Assembly: GCA_964036045.1 (NCBI GenBank)
Contig: OZ038378.1
Location: forward strand, 59,148,001 to 59,212,000
Origin: Eutreptiella sp. 'Long Island Sound 2002'
Lineage: Eukaryota; Protista; Euglenida
DNA length: 64,000 nt
Direction: 5' to 3'
Program-made: the position numbers and the translations under genes
Shown here: positions 47,301 to 58,726 of the stretch, one piece after another
Layout: each line of letters starts with the position of its first letter
Numbering within the stretch: the stretch's first letter is position 1
The notes under the pieces: model-generated
Databases searched by the model: none
What the model was told of the DNA's origin: nothing
Seen by the model: the letters and a program-made list of their open reading frames with translations, nothing else

Positions 47301-50295
47301 CTATGTAGTTTGCGTTTCTGGGCTCTGCGGAGCCCAGCATGCTGCTTCCGTTGAATTGACAGGGTGGTCAACCACGTATGGAGTCATTTTCTTTGGGTGT
47401 CATTGCACTGGGTATATTGCATTTGATTTCAGTTGGTCTGTGTCAAGTTCGTCTGATGTTGTGGGTATTGGTCGCCTCGTCCGTCGCTCGTTGACAGTGT
47501 GCATGTATTGCAATGTTTCCCCATTATTCAGTGTTTGTTGCTCGCTGTGGTGTGGCACATGACACCTACTTTTGTGCGTCAACACAACATAACATTTTGG
47601 TTCCGTCATACACTATAGATTTAGAAGGGGGAGTAGACAAGGTGTCCAGCCGTCACAAGATGCATGCACATCATGTGTCTCCAAATGCCAGCCTACAGCT
47701 GGTATGTGCCCATGTTCACAAACTTGACGGACCTCCTACTACCCATGCAGGTGTCTACCTTTTGACATTATTGCCTTGTGTGTCCTTATCAATATGGGCA
47801 CGTCTACACTATACACACATGTGTAGACACAAGACAGGCACATCAACTGCATCAATAGTGAAACAAGTCCCATGGGCTGCACAGGACCAGCTCACGACCA
47901 GCAGATAATTAGACTTGCAACACAGTCGAACAACTGAATTCAATCATAGGCCTATCACCATGTAAAAGGAGGCACTCAGAATGGTGTACCATTGTGAGGC
48001 CTCCTCTTTGTTCACAACCCTTGGCAGATGCCGGATCCCAAGTTCCCGTCCGGCTCCAATTCAAGATTCGGGAGGTCATGCGAATGACTTGGCAACGACG
48101 GTGAGATCAAAGGGCGGGGCAGAGTGCACCCGCATAGGAAATGCTTTTCCTCCGCCGTATACACCGTGGGGGTGGTAAAGTCCAGGACAACATGGGTCCA
48201 CTCCAAAAAGATTGGGCATACCGGTAGCTTCTCCGAGTAGGCTCCATCTACCATCCCCGCCACACATTGCACCTAAGAATGAAGGGCCACTGCACCTGTG
48301 CCAAAGGCGGGTGCAAAAAAGGATTTAGGACATGCTGGGCTCCGCAGAGCCCGGGACAAAGAAAGTGCTAGAAACCACGTATATATTACAGGGATGGACA
48401 ACAACACATCACGTTCCAAAACAAATTGAACATCCATGGTGTCTAATGAAAAACTGCTGTTGGTTGGGCCTTGCAGAGCCTAGCTATAAAGGAATCGCAA
48501 AAAGAAGTACCCTTGAGCTCGCATGCGTTGAACTGGAAATAATGCTGATGGTATTGTCCCCCCACACAGCCCCCAACCCCAACTCCGACCCCGAGCACCC
48601 CCCCCCCCCACCTAGGGTACCCAAGTGCACGCCAAAATGCTTCATGGGCTGGATTGAGATGCCATTTTTCAATTATGTGCTGAGCTGGGCCTTGCAGGGC
48701 CATGCGCCCACATGCAATTTTTGGATTGAATTGGGCCCTAATATTAGGTAAGTTGTATTACTACGCCTTACAAAGCCCATTATGGTGAATCAATCAAATT
48801 TGCACGGTGAATTGACTGTGGGTTTCTTCATGTGCCTGCGATCAAGACTGCAATTGTCGCATTGACCAGCCTGCTTTCATTTGTATGTTGCAATGGGCAC
48901 GGTGCTAATGACATGTCCCTCGCTGACACTATGCATGTATTACTATGTTTGCCCATGATAAGTCTGGACACGCAGCGCCAAGTCTGTGTCTCCACGTTTC
49001 TACAGTGCTATTGACCTACCGATTTGTATTTTTGCACTTAGCTGGTCACTGCACAGCCTAGGTGCATTGTTTTCAATGAATGCACATGTGCTACTATGTA
49101 CTTTGCGTTTCTGGCCTCTGCACAACCCGAGATGCTGCTTTCGTTGAATTGACAGGGTGGTCAACCAGGTATGGCTTTATTTTTCTTTGGGTGTCATTGC
49201 ATTGTGCATATTGTATTTGATTTCGTTTGGTCCGTGTCAAATTCGTCTTGTGTTGTGGGTATTGGTCGCCTCGTCTGTCCCTCGTTGACAGTGTGCATGT
49301 ATTGCAATGCCTCCCCAATATTCAGTGTTTGTTGCTCGCTGTGGTGTGGCACATGACACCTACTTTCCTTCGTAAACACAACATAACATTTTGATTCCGT
49401 CATACACAATAGATTTAGAAGGGGGAGTAGACAAGGTGTCAAGCCGTCACCCGATGCATGCACATCACGTGTCTGCAAATGCCAGTCTGCAGCTAGTATG
49501 TGCCCATGTTCACAAACTTCACGGACCTCCTACAACCCATGCAGGTGTTTGCCTTTCGACATTATTGCCTTGTGTGTCCTTATCAATATGGGCACGTCTA
49601 CACTATACATGAAGTATTTTGGCGTCCACTTGGGTACCCTTGGGATGGGGGGTGGGGGGGTGCTCGGGGTTGGGGTTGGGGTTGGGGTTGGGGGCTGTGT
49701 GGGGGGACAATACAATCAACATTACATCCATTTCAACGCATGCGAGTTCAACGGTACTTCTTTTTGCGATTCCTTTATAGCTAGGCTCTCTAGAGCCCAA
49801 CCAATAGCAGTTTTTCATTCGACACCACGGGATTTCGGTTTCTTTTGGAACGTGATATGTTGTTGTACATCCCTTTAATATATACGCGGTTGCTAGCACT
49901 TTCTTTGTCTTGGGCTCCGCGGAGCCCGGCATGTCGTAAATCCTTTTTTGCACGCCTCATTTGTGACAGGTGTAGTGGCCCTTCATTCTTAGGTGCGATG
50001 TGTGGCGGGGATGGTAGATGGCGACTGCTCAGAGAAGCTGCCAGTATGCCCAATCATTTTCGAGTGGACCCATGTTGTCCAAGATTTTACCGCCCCCATG
50101 GTGTATACTACGGAGGAAAAGCATTTTTTTCAGCGGGTGCAGTCTGCCCCGCCCCTTTATCTCATCGTCAACCCCAATTCATTGGCATGACCTCCCCAAT
50201 CTTGAACTGGAGTCGGACGGGAACTTGGGATCCCGCATCTGCCAAGGGTAGTGGACAAAAAGGAGGTCTCACAATGGTACACCATTCTGAGAGCC
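38368..50295 (+). repeat. Tandem array (macrosatellite) of 1.79-kb units, 6.7 copies
   Basis: The anchor ATGCTGCTT(T/C)CGTTGAATTG marks unit starts at 38382, 40167, 41953, 43745, 45543, 47338 and 49131 (periods 1785, 1786, 1792, 1798, 1795, 1793). Confidence 0.97.
47814..48646 (-). other. 833-bp in-place inversion inside unit 6 of the macrosatellite
   Basis: The segment normally running CATGAAG..CACATGTGTG is present as its reverse complement between unchanged flanks (ctata| and |ggctggattgag); the unit length is preserved. Confidence 0.93.
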
Positions 50296-51870
50296 TTCTT
50301 GGAGTCCCCAGCCACCAAACGCGATGAATTGTGGGATCTGAATTCCCACCAAGACACACGCGAGCCCTAGATGACAAATTCCAAAATTTCTCGCCGTTGG
50401 CACACACGCCCGGGCAAGCTGAATACTGTTTTGGGTAAAGGCCCGTTGAAACGTGCCAGCGCGCAGTACTCTCCATGTTGGCCTCCATTAGACGATCTTT
50501 ACTCAACGCAGTGGTCAGCGCCGGCAGGTGGGGAGGACGGTAGGGTGCTCGGTTGGAACAGCGATGTTGATTAGTTGCTAGCCACACTCCCCAGCAATGT
50601 GAGCTGCCCAACCACCTCTCGATGATGCTTGTTGTATCCCACAAGTATAATCTCGAGGTGCACTTGGGCAGAAACCTCAAGGAGCAGGATGCGTTGGGCA
50701 CGCAAACTGTGGTGTTTGGTTGTGGCAATGTTGTGATATTCGCTTCCACGCTTGGGCACTGGAGTCTTTCTGCACTTCCAGTAGTGTGGAAGCAGATGGT
50801 GCTCTTTCGCTTCCTCACAGCGGATGCACGCCATAAGTGGGTGGACGAGAGTCGGTTGATCCTTGACGATCCTTGACCCTTTGGCACGGGCCAAGGAATT
50901 GGCATTGCCGCCTTCAGCTGCCCGGAGCAATTCTTGTAATGGTGGACCAAATTACCCAGTGAGTAGCCATGCTCGTTGCTGAAGAAGCTCTTCAGAATCT
51001 CGATGCATCGAACATGGTGCGCCGATCCGCCGAACTTCTCCTCCCTTGTCTGCCTAGTGGGGAGCTTGCTTGGCGGGCGTCCATGGGTCTCCACCAGGAA
51101 ATTGGGCTTCGCCCTCTCCTTCCCCTTCTCCAGCGCCTGCATCTTTGCCGCCTTCAAGGCCCCGTTCTGAAGCAACGGGCTCTTCTTAGCACTCTCGTCG
51201 CTCTCACTGCTGCTGCTTGAGCTGCCGCTGCTGCTACTCGTGCTGCTCTTGCTGCTGCCACTCTTGGAGCTGTTGCTGCTTGCACTTCCACATGGTGACA
51301 CTGGCTCATCCGGCACTACCAGGTGTGTAGAGCGTGGGGCGCACCGGGGCTGAGCAGCCATCCGCGTTGGCTCCGCCCACCTTGTCTGGATCATCGTCGT
51401 CTGCCCCGATCCTCCTTGCCTGCCCCTTCGGGTCCTTTTTGTTCGGCTTTGCTTCCTCTTTCCACTGTTCCCGCTTCTCTTCCTTCCTACCTTCCGGCTT
51501 GGCCTTGCTCTTGTCTTCGGTCTTGTGCTTCTTGTTCTCCTTTTTCTCCTTCTTGTGCCTTTTTTCCCCCTATAGGACACAAAGAACACGCAAAACACAA
51601 TCAACCTCACCAGGGACAGTACGAGGGACAACGCGCGCGACGCGCAAAACACATAGGACGGTTCGGAAAGGTTCCGGGGACGGATACAAAGACAACACCG
51701 CATACGTCCAGAACACGTAGGACATGTACCTTTTCATCGGGGACAAAACCCCAGAATGATCCAGCACGGATCTTGTCGACGCTGATGGACACTGTGCCCT
51801 GCAAAGAAGCGCGGGGGGCAAGCAGGAGGTGCAAAAACTCATCGTAATCAAACACTCCAAGTCGGGAATC
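50296..51870 (-). pseudogene. Degraded spliced gene of unknown function (Lys-rich and Ser-rich N-terminal region, Cys/His-rich C-terminal region), cut off by the macrosatellite
   Basis: The GT-AG intron FVPDEK|GTACAT..CCTATAG|GEKRHKKEKK joins in phase 0; one frame shift at about 51330 leads into SSSSESDES..; the frame runs into the satellite at about 50295. Confidence 0.5.
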
Positions 51871-53636
51871 AACCCAAATGTAGCCGTGATCTTGTGCCCT
51901 CGATTTTGCGGCCTTTCTCCTTGGTTGTACGAACCAAGTACAGGCAGGCCTGCGTCAGCGTCAAAACCCAGTGATTGCTTTTGGTCTTTTTGTCATACAC
52001 TTCTTCCATGCCAGAGACCCACCCGGCATGGTACCCGGCCGCAAAAAAGGTGTGTAGTTAGTAGGGACACAGGAAGAGGCAACGCGCGGAGCGTAGAGAA
52101 CGGTATGCACACAAGACTATGCGGCAAGAACACAACGAGAGGCTACAAATCGAACATTGCAAACATACATGTCTGCTGCGTCACTTGAAAAACCACCGCC
52201 GCATTCTGGTCCTTTGTGACGTCACATCACGACATGGGGTCGCACTTGGTGAGGTGGCTGTGGGGGAAATGGTACTGACTGGGGTACAAAGGCACCATGG
52301 CACATAGTGCTGCGCAACGAAATAAAGAGCCTGCACAGGTGCTGGGGGACACTGGGAACGTGCTGAACAGGCAATTACGCCTTAGGGACAAGAGCATAAC
52401 CACCACACACCACCCGCAGAGCAAGCCCTCTCAGGGCGTAACTGACGCCACTTGGACGTGTACACGCAGTTCTCCGAAGGCCCCCTGTGGGCCACGGCGG
52501 TGGCACGCTTAGGGCGTAACTGACGCGACTTGGACATGTACACGCGGTTTTCCGAAGGGGAAGGGGTCACACATGCATTGGTAGGCGTGCACAAGTGCTG
52601 TAGAACACGTAAAGCATACTTCACAAAGTAATTAGCACCGGGGACAATTGTGGAGCCAGACGACACACGCGACGTTGTTACTGACTTGTATGGGGTCATG
52701 CAAGACATCTAGGACACGTTCGAGAGTGGAGCCACGATCAGCAAAGGGGCTCTACACCCAAAAATGATGAAATTACAAAAAACGGACAATTACATTACGT
52801 TACTCGCCCTCAAAAACCCCTGAAGCCAACCTAACCTCCACGGAGACATGCAGGACAAATTGGGCTCCCCAGAGCCATAGACAAAGGAATGTACACATAG
52901 TTGTTTGCAGTGTTACCCAAACTTAGGCGTCACAAGTTGCCGAGCCCCCACCTGGCGCTATGGCCCACGGAAGTCCATGTTGTAGTGAGGGGAAAAGTAT
53001 GTGAAAAGGCTTGTTATTTTTTGAGTATCCAAACCCCCCTGGTGGCAACATGCAAAAACAAGGTGTGTATTTCAAATGTATGCCATTATTTGGATTTCTG
53101 GAAACACACAGATTTTCAAAATAAAGACATTCCATCACCAAAATATAGTGCTATTTTACATTTAGACCACTGCATACCAGTGCGGGGGGGGGGGGGGGGC
53201 TACCTATTTTTCTCTCCCCTTTGTTCCACGTTGATCACACAACCCCCTATACACCACAGATGAGGGAACCCCAAACGTACCTTTCATTGAAGCACACACA
53301 AAACTATCCCAAAGCATGTACTTGTATTTCCTATTTTAACCAACCTGGCCGAAATTTCGGCCGGGTCCATCGAAACTCGGAATATGAACACTGAAATGGG
53401 TACCTATGACAGTAGACATGAGCAAGGAACACAGGAGCAGTGACATTTGAGCAGAGTGTGCAACATAATATACTCAATTACAAGCAAATACTTGCCACCT
53501 GACGAATCAAAGCAGACTTTTGCAGTGCCTACGGGGAAACACAATAATAAAAGGCTGAAGAGGCTGAGGACTGCATGCTGGCCGAAATTTCGGCCAGACT
53601 TCATACTGACAGGCAATATAAGCAGCAGGACTGGCA

Positions 53637-56148
53637 TTAGCGCTTGCGCAGACCAGATGCACGGGGCTTCTTAGCATGTGTGTTAGCAGGACGCTTGGCA
53701 GGGGCAGCAGCACCAGGCTTGGCAGTGGCAGAGTTCTGTGACTGTGTGTTTCCACCCTGGGATGGTGAAAAATGATTCACAAAAGTATTCATACCTTTGC
53801 CAGTAGGGGCCACAGTGCCTGAGGAGGAAGCTGGGGTGGCCTGAGCGCACTGCGTGCCACTGGGTGAGGGGGCAGGGGCAGTTTTGGGTTTCTTCTTTGG
53901 AGTGTGTGTCTCTGGTTGCGACTCTGCCTCCCCATCTTGCTCCTCACGATCCTCATCTACATACCTAACCCCAGAACAATCCACAGGAACACCTGCCCCC
54001 AAGTCGTGGTACACATCCTCCCATGACTTACCCGAAAGGGCACACACAACATTACAGTCCTTGGAAAACGTGGTAGACATCATGCTTGCAAAATACACAG
54101 ACAGAGTCCCCAGCAAAACCAGTTGCCTGCCCGTTCTGGGACCGGAACCAGGCTCAAAAGAAATGAGAATATCTCAACAGGCATGACAGACGACATGGGT
54201 CCTTCAATAAAAGCCACGTAACGGGGCAGCCTGTTATCAAAGGCCGTGGCAGAACAAATGGAAATCAGATGGGATGTAGAACTGTACAGCGGGGTCTTGC
54301 TTGACAAATTGAAAATTGCAACATCACACTGATACATATCCTCAGCCACAGTGGCCTTCAAAGCAGCAACAGTGGCTTTCACATCAGCAGACTCACCCGC
54401 AACGAACACAGGCACACCGGACAAAAGCAGCTGCGCAACCATGTTATGCAAACCAGCTGTATAGAGGCGGGGCACCTCAATGACACAAGCAGCAAAGGGC
54501 AGTGAACTAATGATACTGGAAACAGGGACTCCACAACACATTGCCATCACTTCCACACGGCCTGACTCTGCAATGAGTTTGCCTGTGCTTGACTCAACGA
54601 GGGACTCCCTAGCACACTGGATACTGACCAGACCAGTATCGGATTTTTCACAAACAGGCTTAGCAACAGGTTTCGGCAACAATCCCCGCAACCCCTCATA
54701 TTTGGGTTCCTTCCAAAGAGGGGCCTTAATTACTGCTGACCACGGTGGCCAAGGGTTTTCTTCAGTCCAGGTCCAACTGCAATAGGCTACCTTTAGGTCT
54801 GATGCAATAGCGCACTGCCTTTTGGCCATCTCGATAGTACCAAGTGTAGCTGCACAGAGGTGGTGTCACAGGGTGGGCTCCTATTGTGCATTCATTGAAC
54901 GACACACAAGCTGGCCGAAATTTCGGCCACGTGGGTCAATTTATTCGAATACAAACCCCTTTTTGACCAAAACATACCTCTGGTGTTGTTCACAAGCCCA
55001 TTGGTAACCGCCTCGGGATGAAGAATGTGCCAGGACCACATCTGGGCCTTTTTAACATCTTTTGTAAGTTTTTTGAGACCAGGTAGGGTACTTTTTGTCC
55101 CATCCATGTAACCTACGATGTCGCGAATTCGGTCACGCGTGATGCCTTCCACTTCCTTGAACGTACCCAGTGCAGGATGTAATCCACGCTTCTCCATGGC
55201 TGCCATGGCGTCTACTGAAGCAAGACCCACAAATTTCACCAAACGCCCAACGCCGACCCACCGTTTGGCAACAGCACTCTGCACAGGAGAACATGTGGAA
55301 CACAGAAGCTGGCCGAAATTTCGGCCAGGTCGATCGACAAAACCGAATTAATAAACGAAACACACCGCAGTGCCTTCCTCGGCAGTAACACCACACTCTT
55401 CAAGCATAACAGTAATGTGATGGTACAGGGTGTACTCATTGGCATCCTCATCCTCAAGCCTATCCAGGAGTAGGGACATTCGCTCCGATGTGGTGGATGG
55501 TGAGCCAGCAGTGGTCTGGATTTGATGTAGGCCTGCAAGCCGGCGCCTAGTCCGCAGGGGGCAGTCCTGTTTGACTTCATAACCACCAAATACCAGGGTC
55601 CAATCCGGAGTCTCCATATTTTTCATCTCAAATTCCGTCTTGTGTTTTTGGGCAGCAGTGTAAACATGCTGACCCCCCAACAGAACCCAGCGAGTGGCTG
55701 TGCAACAGGAATATTCGTAACAGCAGGGTCGAAAATTCAGACGCGAAAACGGTACTATCGAGAAGAATACCACAACACACATACGAGTGACTTTATAAAA
55801 AAGAAGATCCTGGATGTTATCCACAAGCGGGGCTGCCTTCAGATCGTCGTAGCGGCGTTGCACGCGATCATTCGAAATCCTACGGACCTGCCCAAATTTT
55901 CGGTCGTGGTCGATAATAATCTCATCCCACCGAACCTTTATTTTCGTCGTTGACGTAGCCCAGTCGGATAACTTGATGGAGGATGATGAATTTTTCTTTG
56001 GTGCGGCCTTAGGCTTCTTTTGAAGTCCCTCTGTGCTCGCGTGGTCCTCTTGAGACTGGGATTGCACTTGAGATTGCCCGTTGTCTGCTGCAGGCTCACC
56101 ATCTGGCGAAACGGCCATGTCGTGTGATACCCCTCCAGGCTCAGTCAT
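53637..56148 (-). CDS. Multi-exon transposon accessory gene with an N-terminal ParB/sulfiredoxin-like domain; C-terminal half unassigned (possibly methyltransferase-like); one unresolved frame change at about 54130
   Basis: Three phase-compatible GT-AG introns (55784-55698, 55365-55279, 54977-54850). The spliced protein has GQVRRISNDRVQRRYDDLK..YKVTPTRWVLLGGQHVYTAA..AGLHQ, resembling ParB box I/II spacing. ATG at 56148 follows a CTGTAG acceptor-like site. Confidence 0.65.
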
Positions 56149-56644
56149 AAAATAAAGGGCTACAGGGCAACATTTCATGAAGGGGAGAGTTCCCAGATAG
56201 CAAATAACAAGCACAGATAAACCAAAAAAGGACCAAAACGGACTGCCTCACAAGAAAATCGGATAACTTGGCGAAATTTCGGCCAGTACTGCTCTGCATG
56301 TCAAACCACTGTGTACAAATACCATTCTGAGAGGCTGGCCGAAATTTCGGCCAAAACCTTATGTCATTTGTGTTCTGGGGGTAGCCATATGACAAAACAA
56401 CAAGTCTGGCCGAAATTTCGGCCAGAAAAACATGAAACAGCAAATAGACACACCAAAAGCACTGGCAATGCGTGGCAGAAGCCATACCACAGTGACAAAC
56501 ACAGTTGCAAACAGAAATCAGTCCCAGTCCTGGGTATCCACACCGATGTGTGCCGCCTCATCTAGGGCTTCAAAGGAGGCAACCCTGTCTGCATCACAAT
56601 CAATTTCCTGGTCACTAACACAAGAGTCGATGGCAATGGAATCA

Positions 56645-58726
56645 TCACGGGTGGGGGGGTACTGGGCGGGGGGGGGCCGGGGGGGGTACTGGGGGGCCTC
56701 TGGCTCGGGGCTTCGGGGGTGGCTTTGGGGGCAAGGCAATTCCAACCGGAGCAGCAGCAGGAGCAGCAGGCGGTGCACGGTTGGCAGCGCGGATAGAAGC
56801 ATGTGCAGTACACAACACCCCTTGCTGAGCAGCAGTGCGGGCAGGTGCATTTGTGTGTAGAAATTCCTCAACACCCTCAGGAACCCTGGTACGCGCAACC
56901 AGATTTTGCATTGCATGCAACAGAACCACTTTTAAACGGTCTGTGGTGATTCATGTTCTAGACATGGTACCGGGGAACGTCAAATCCTCAACTGCATCTA
57001 GTCTTCTCACCTCAACTTTATAGTCCGGAACGGGAACACAAATCGGCAGGCTCTGTGTGTGGGCTGTCAAGATGAATTGTTTAAGATTGGCAGAGAACAT
57101 TGCCACGGATCTCTCAGTCAGCAGACCACGCAAAACTTTCTCTCCCGGTTGGACAGGGGGAAGTGTCAGAAATAAATCAGACGACTATAGGACACTGGTA
57201 CAGGCAGTGTTGCGGCGACAGTGGGCTGAGAACCGACTCAGAAGTGCCTCACCCAGCTCCTCAGAGTGGATACACCCTAGGGAGGCGGAATGCCACTGAC
57301 TCCAAAACAAAAGAGCAACCGCACTGGTTTTCACATACTCCGTGGTTAACTGCTCCTTGGGCTTTAGGATGTTCAGCATGAGCAGTAGGGACATCTCAAG
57401 TGCCTGCTTAGCTACAATCCCGGAACCTGCCCCCCGGCCCTCCCAGTTGCACTCACGAACCAAAGTCCCAATGCTGAAAGCAGCTGGACAGTATGTGTAC
57501 AGCAAAGCCTTAAGGGCTAATAACATACGCAAACCCTTGCGCTGAATGGGTGTCAAGTCCCGCTGGCTATTGAGCAGGGAAGTGACGCGCTCATCTAGTC
57601 AGCCTCTATTGGACGATGTGGCTAGCATGAGTCCAAGCAACGTCTTCTCCATATGGATGACCTTGACCTTGCGAGGGAGGATAGACCCAACCTGAAGGCT
57701 GTTCCCCTGCTCCAAAACCTTAATGAACGGCACGAACGCTCTGTAGATCAATTCAACGCAATACTTATAGCTATGCCATACTCCGTACACCAAAGGAAAA
57801 CCCAACAGTAATTGTGGTACATTCCACGGAACATAAGCAGCACCATAACACAGCTTAAGTAGGGCAAAGTGTGTTTTCATGTCCACAAGCAGCGGAACAC
57901 AGTGTCTGGTGCGGTGTTCCACACATGACAAATCAACCACGAGTTGCAAAAGCTCTTTGTGTGTGCCGGAGCGGAGCTCAGACAGGAAAAAGGGTCTCCA
58001 GTTGAGGGAACGAACATTTTTTCTGGCAATATCCAAAGGAGCACGAACGAAAACTCTCTGAATACCTTGGTTGGCAACATCAATACGATCAAACAATGCT
58101 CTATGTGAGCGAAAGATGTCATCTGCAACCTTTGGTACCCTGGCCTCAATTTCGGCCAGCTCTGGCAGACCCCGGTATGCAGGTAGGGCAGTAGTGTGCA
58201 AAACAGCAACAGCTGTACAGTTTAGGGTTAAGTCGGGTGAATGGGGATCACCTCCCGACCTGTAACTCCTCAGGTTATCAAACCATATACAAACTTGCCT
58301 ACGGTGCATGGTGTTCCACAAGTTGTGTGCTGCTAGTCCAACGCGATGGTGAATGGACTCCTGCTTAGTGTTACACTGACCAAGGACTCCCACCTTACGG
58401 CGTTGGCGGCAGGACATAATACCCCAGTTGTAACCAGACCCACAGTTAGAGTATGGGAGGGCCATATGACGTAGCAGGCAGTATAGGGCATGGAACTGTG
58501 ACAAAGATGTCATGTACCATCGTGGGGGCTTCTTCTCAGTGGCGGTAGCCTTCAACTGTGTCAGGGAGTGCCGGCTGCTGCGATTCTTCCGCAACATGAG
58601 GCAGAATTGCAAAAGCTTTTGCAGAGTCCCACCACGTAATGCATTTCGCAACAGCCCTTTGGCTGTAGTAGCAAAAGCACCAGTAACTGCAGCATGTACA
58701 ACATTGACAGTAATAGCAGAAGACAT
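56645..58726 (-). pseudogene. DDE-type transposase of the TIR element (Academ/DUF6589-like signature), about 690 codons in one frame with 3 premature stops
   Basis: The ORFs 58726-57599, 57556-57185, 57133-56951 and 56929-56645 are all in the same frame. Motifs: IWFDN, PLLVD, GVWHSYK, HSEELGE. Confidence 0.7.

Noticed and set aside
38368-50295. SL-RNA/5S rRNA or protein-coding tandem gene array
   Set aside because: No 5S, tRNA or snRNA sequence was recognised. TTTCTGTGAGTGTCATT only loosely resembles a spliced leader and is not conserved in all units. The recurring short ORFs gain stops and frameshifts between units.
52920-52925. TA target-site duplication reading of the element ends (CT-TA..TA-AG)
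   Set aside because: CTTA/TAAG is present at all three termini and so belongs to the TIR; the CCAAA duplication rebuilds the known internal sequence exactly.
53757-53794. Extra 38-nt intron in the ParB-like gene (G|GTATGA..CCCAG)
   Set aside because: Splicing it would shift into a frame that stops early; the unspliced frame reads through to a plausible basic tail.
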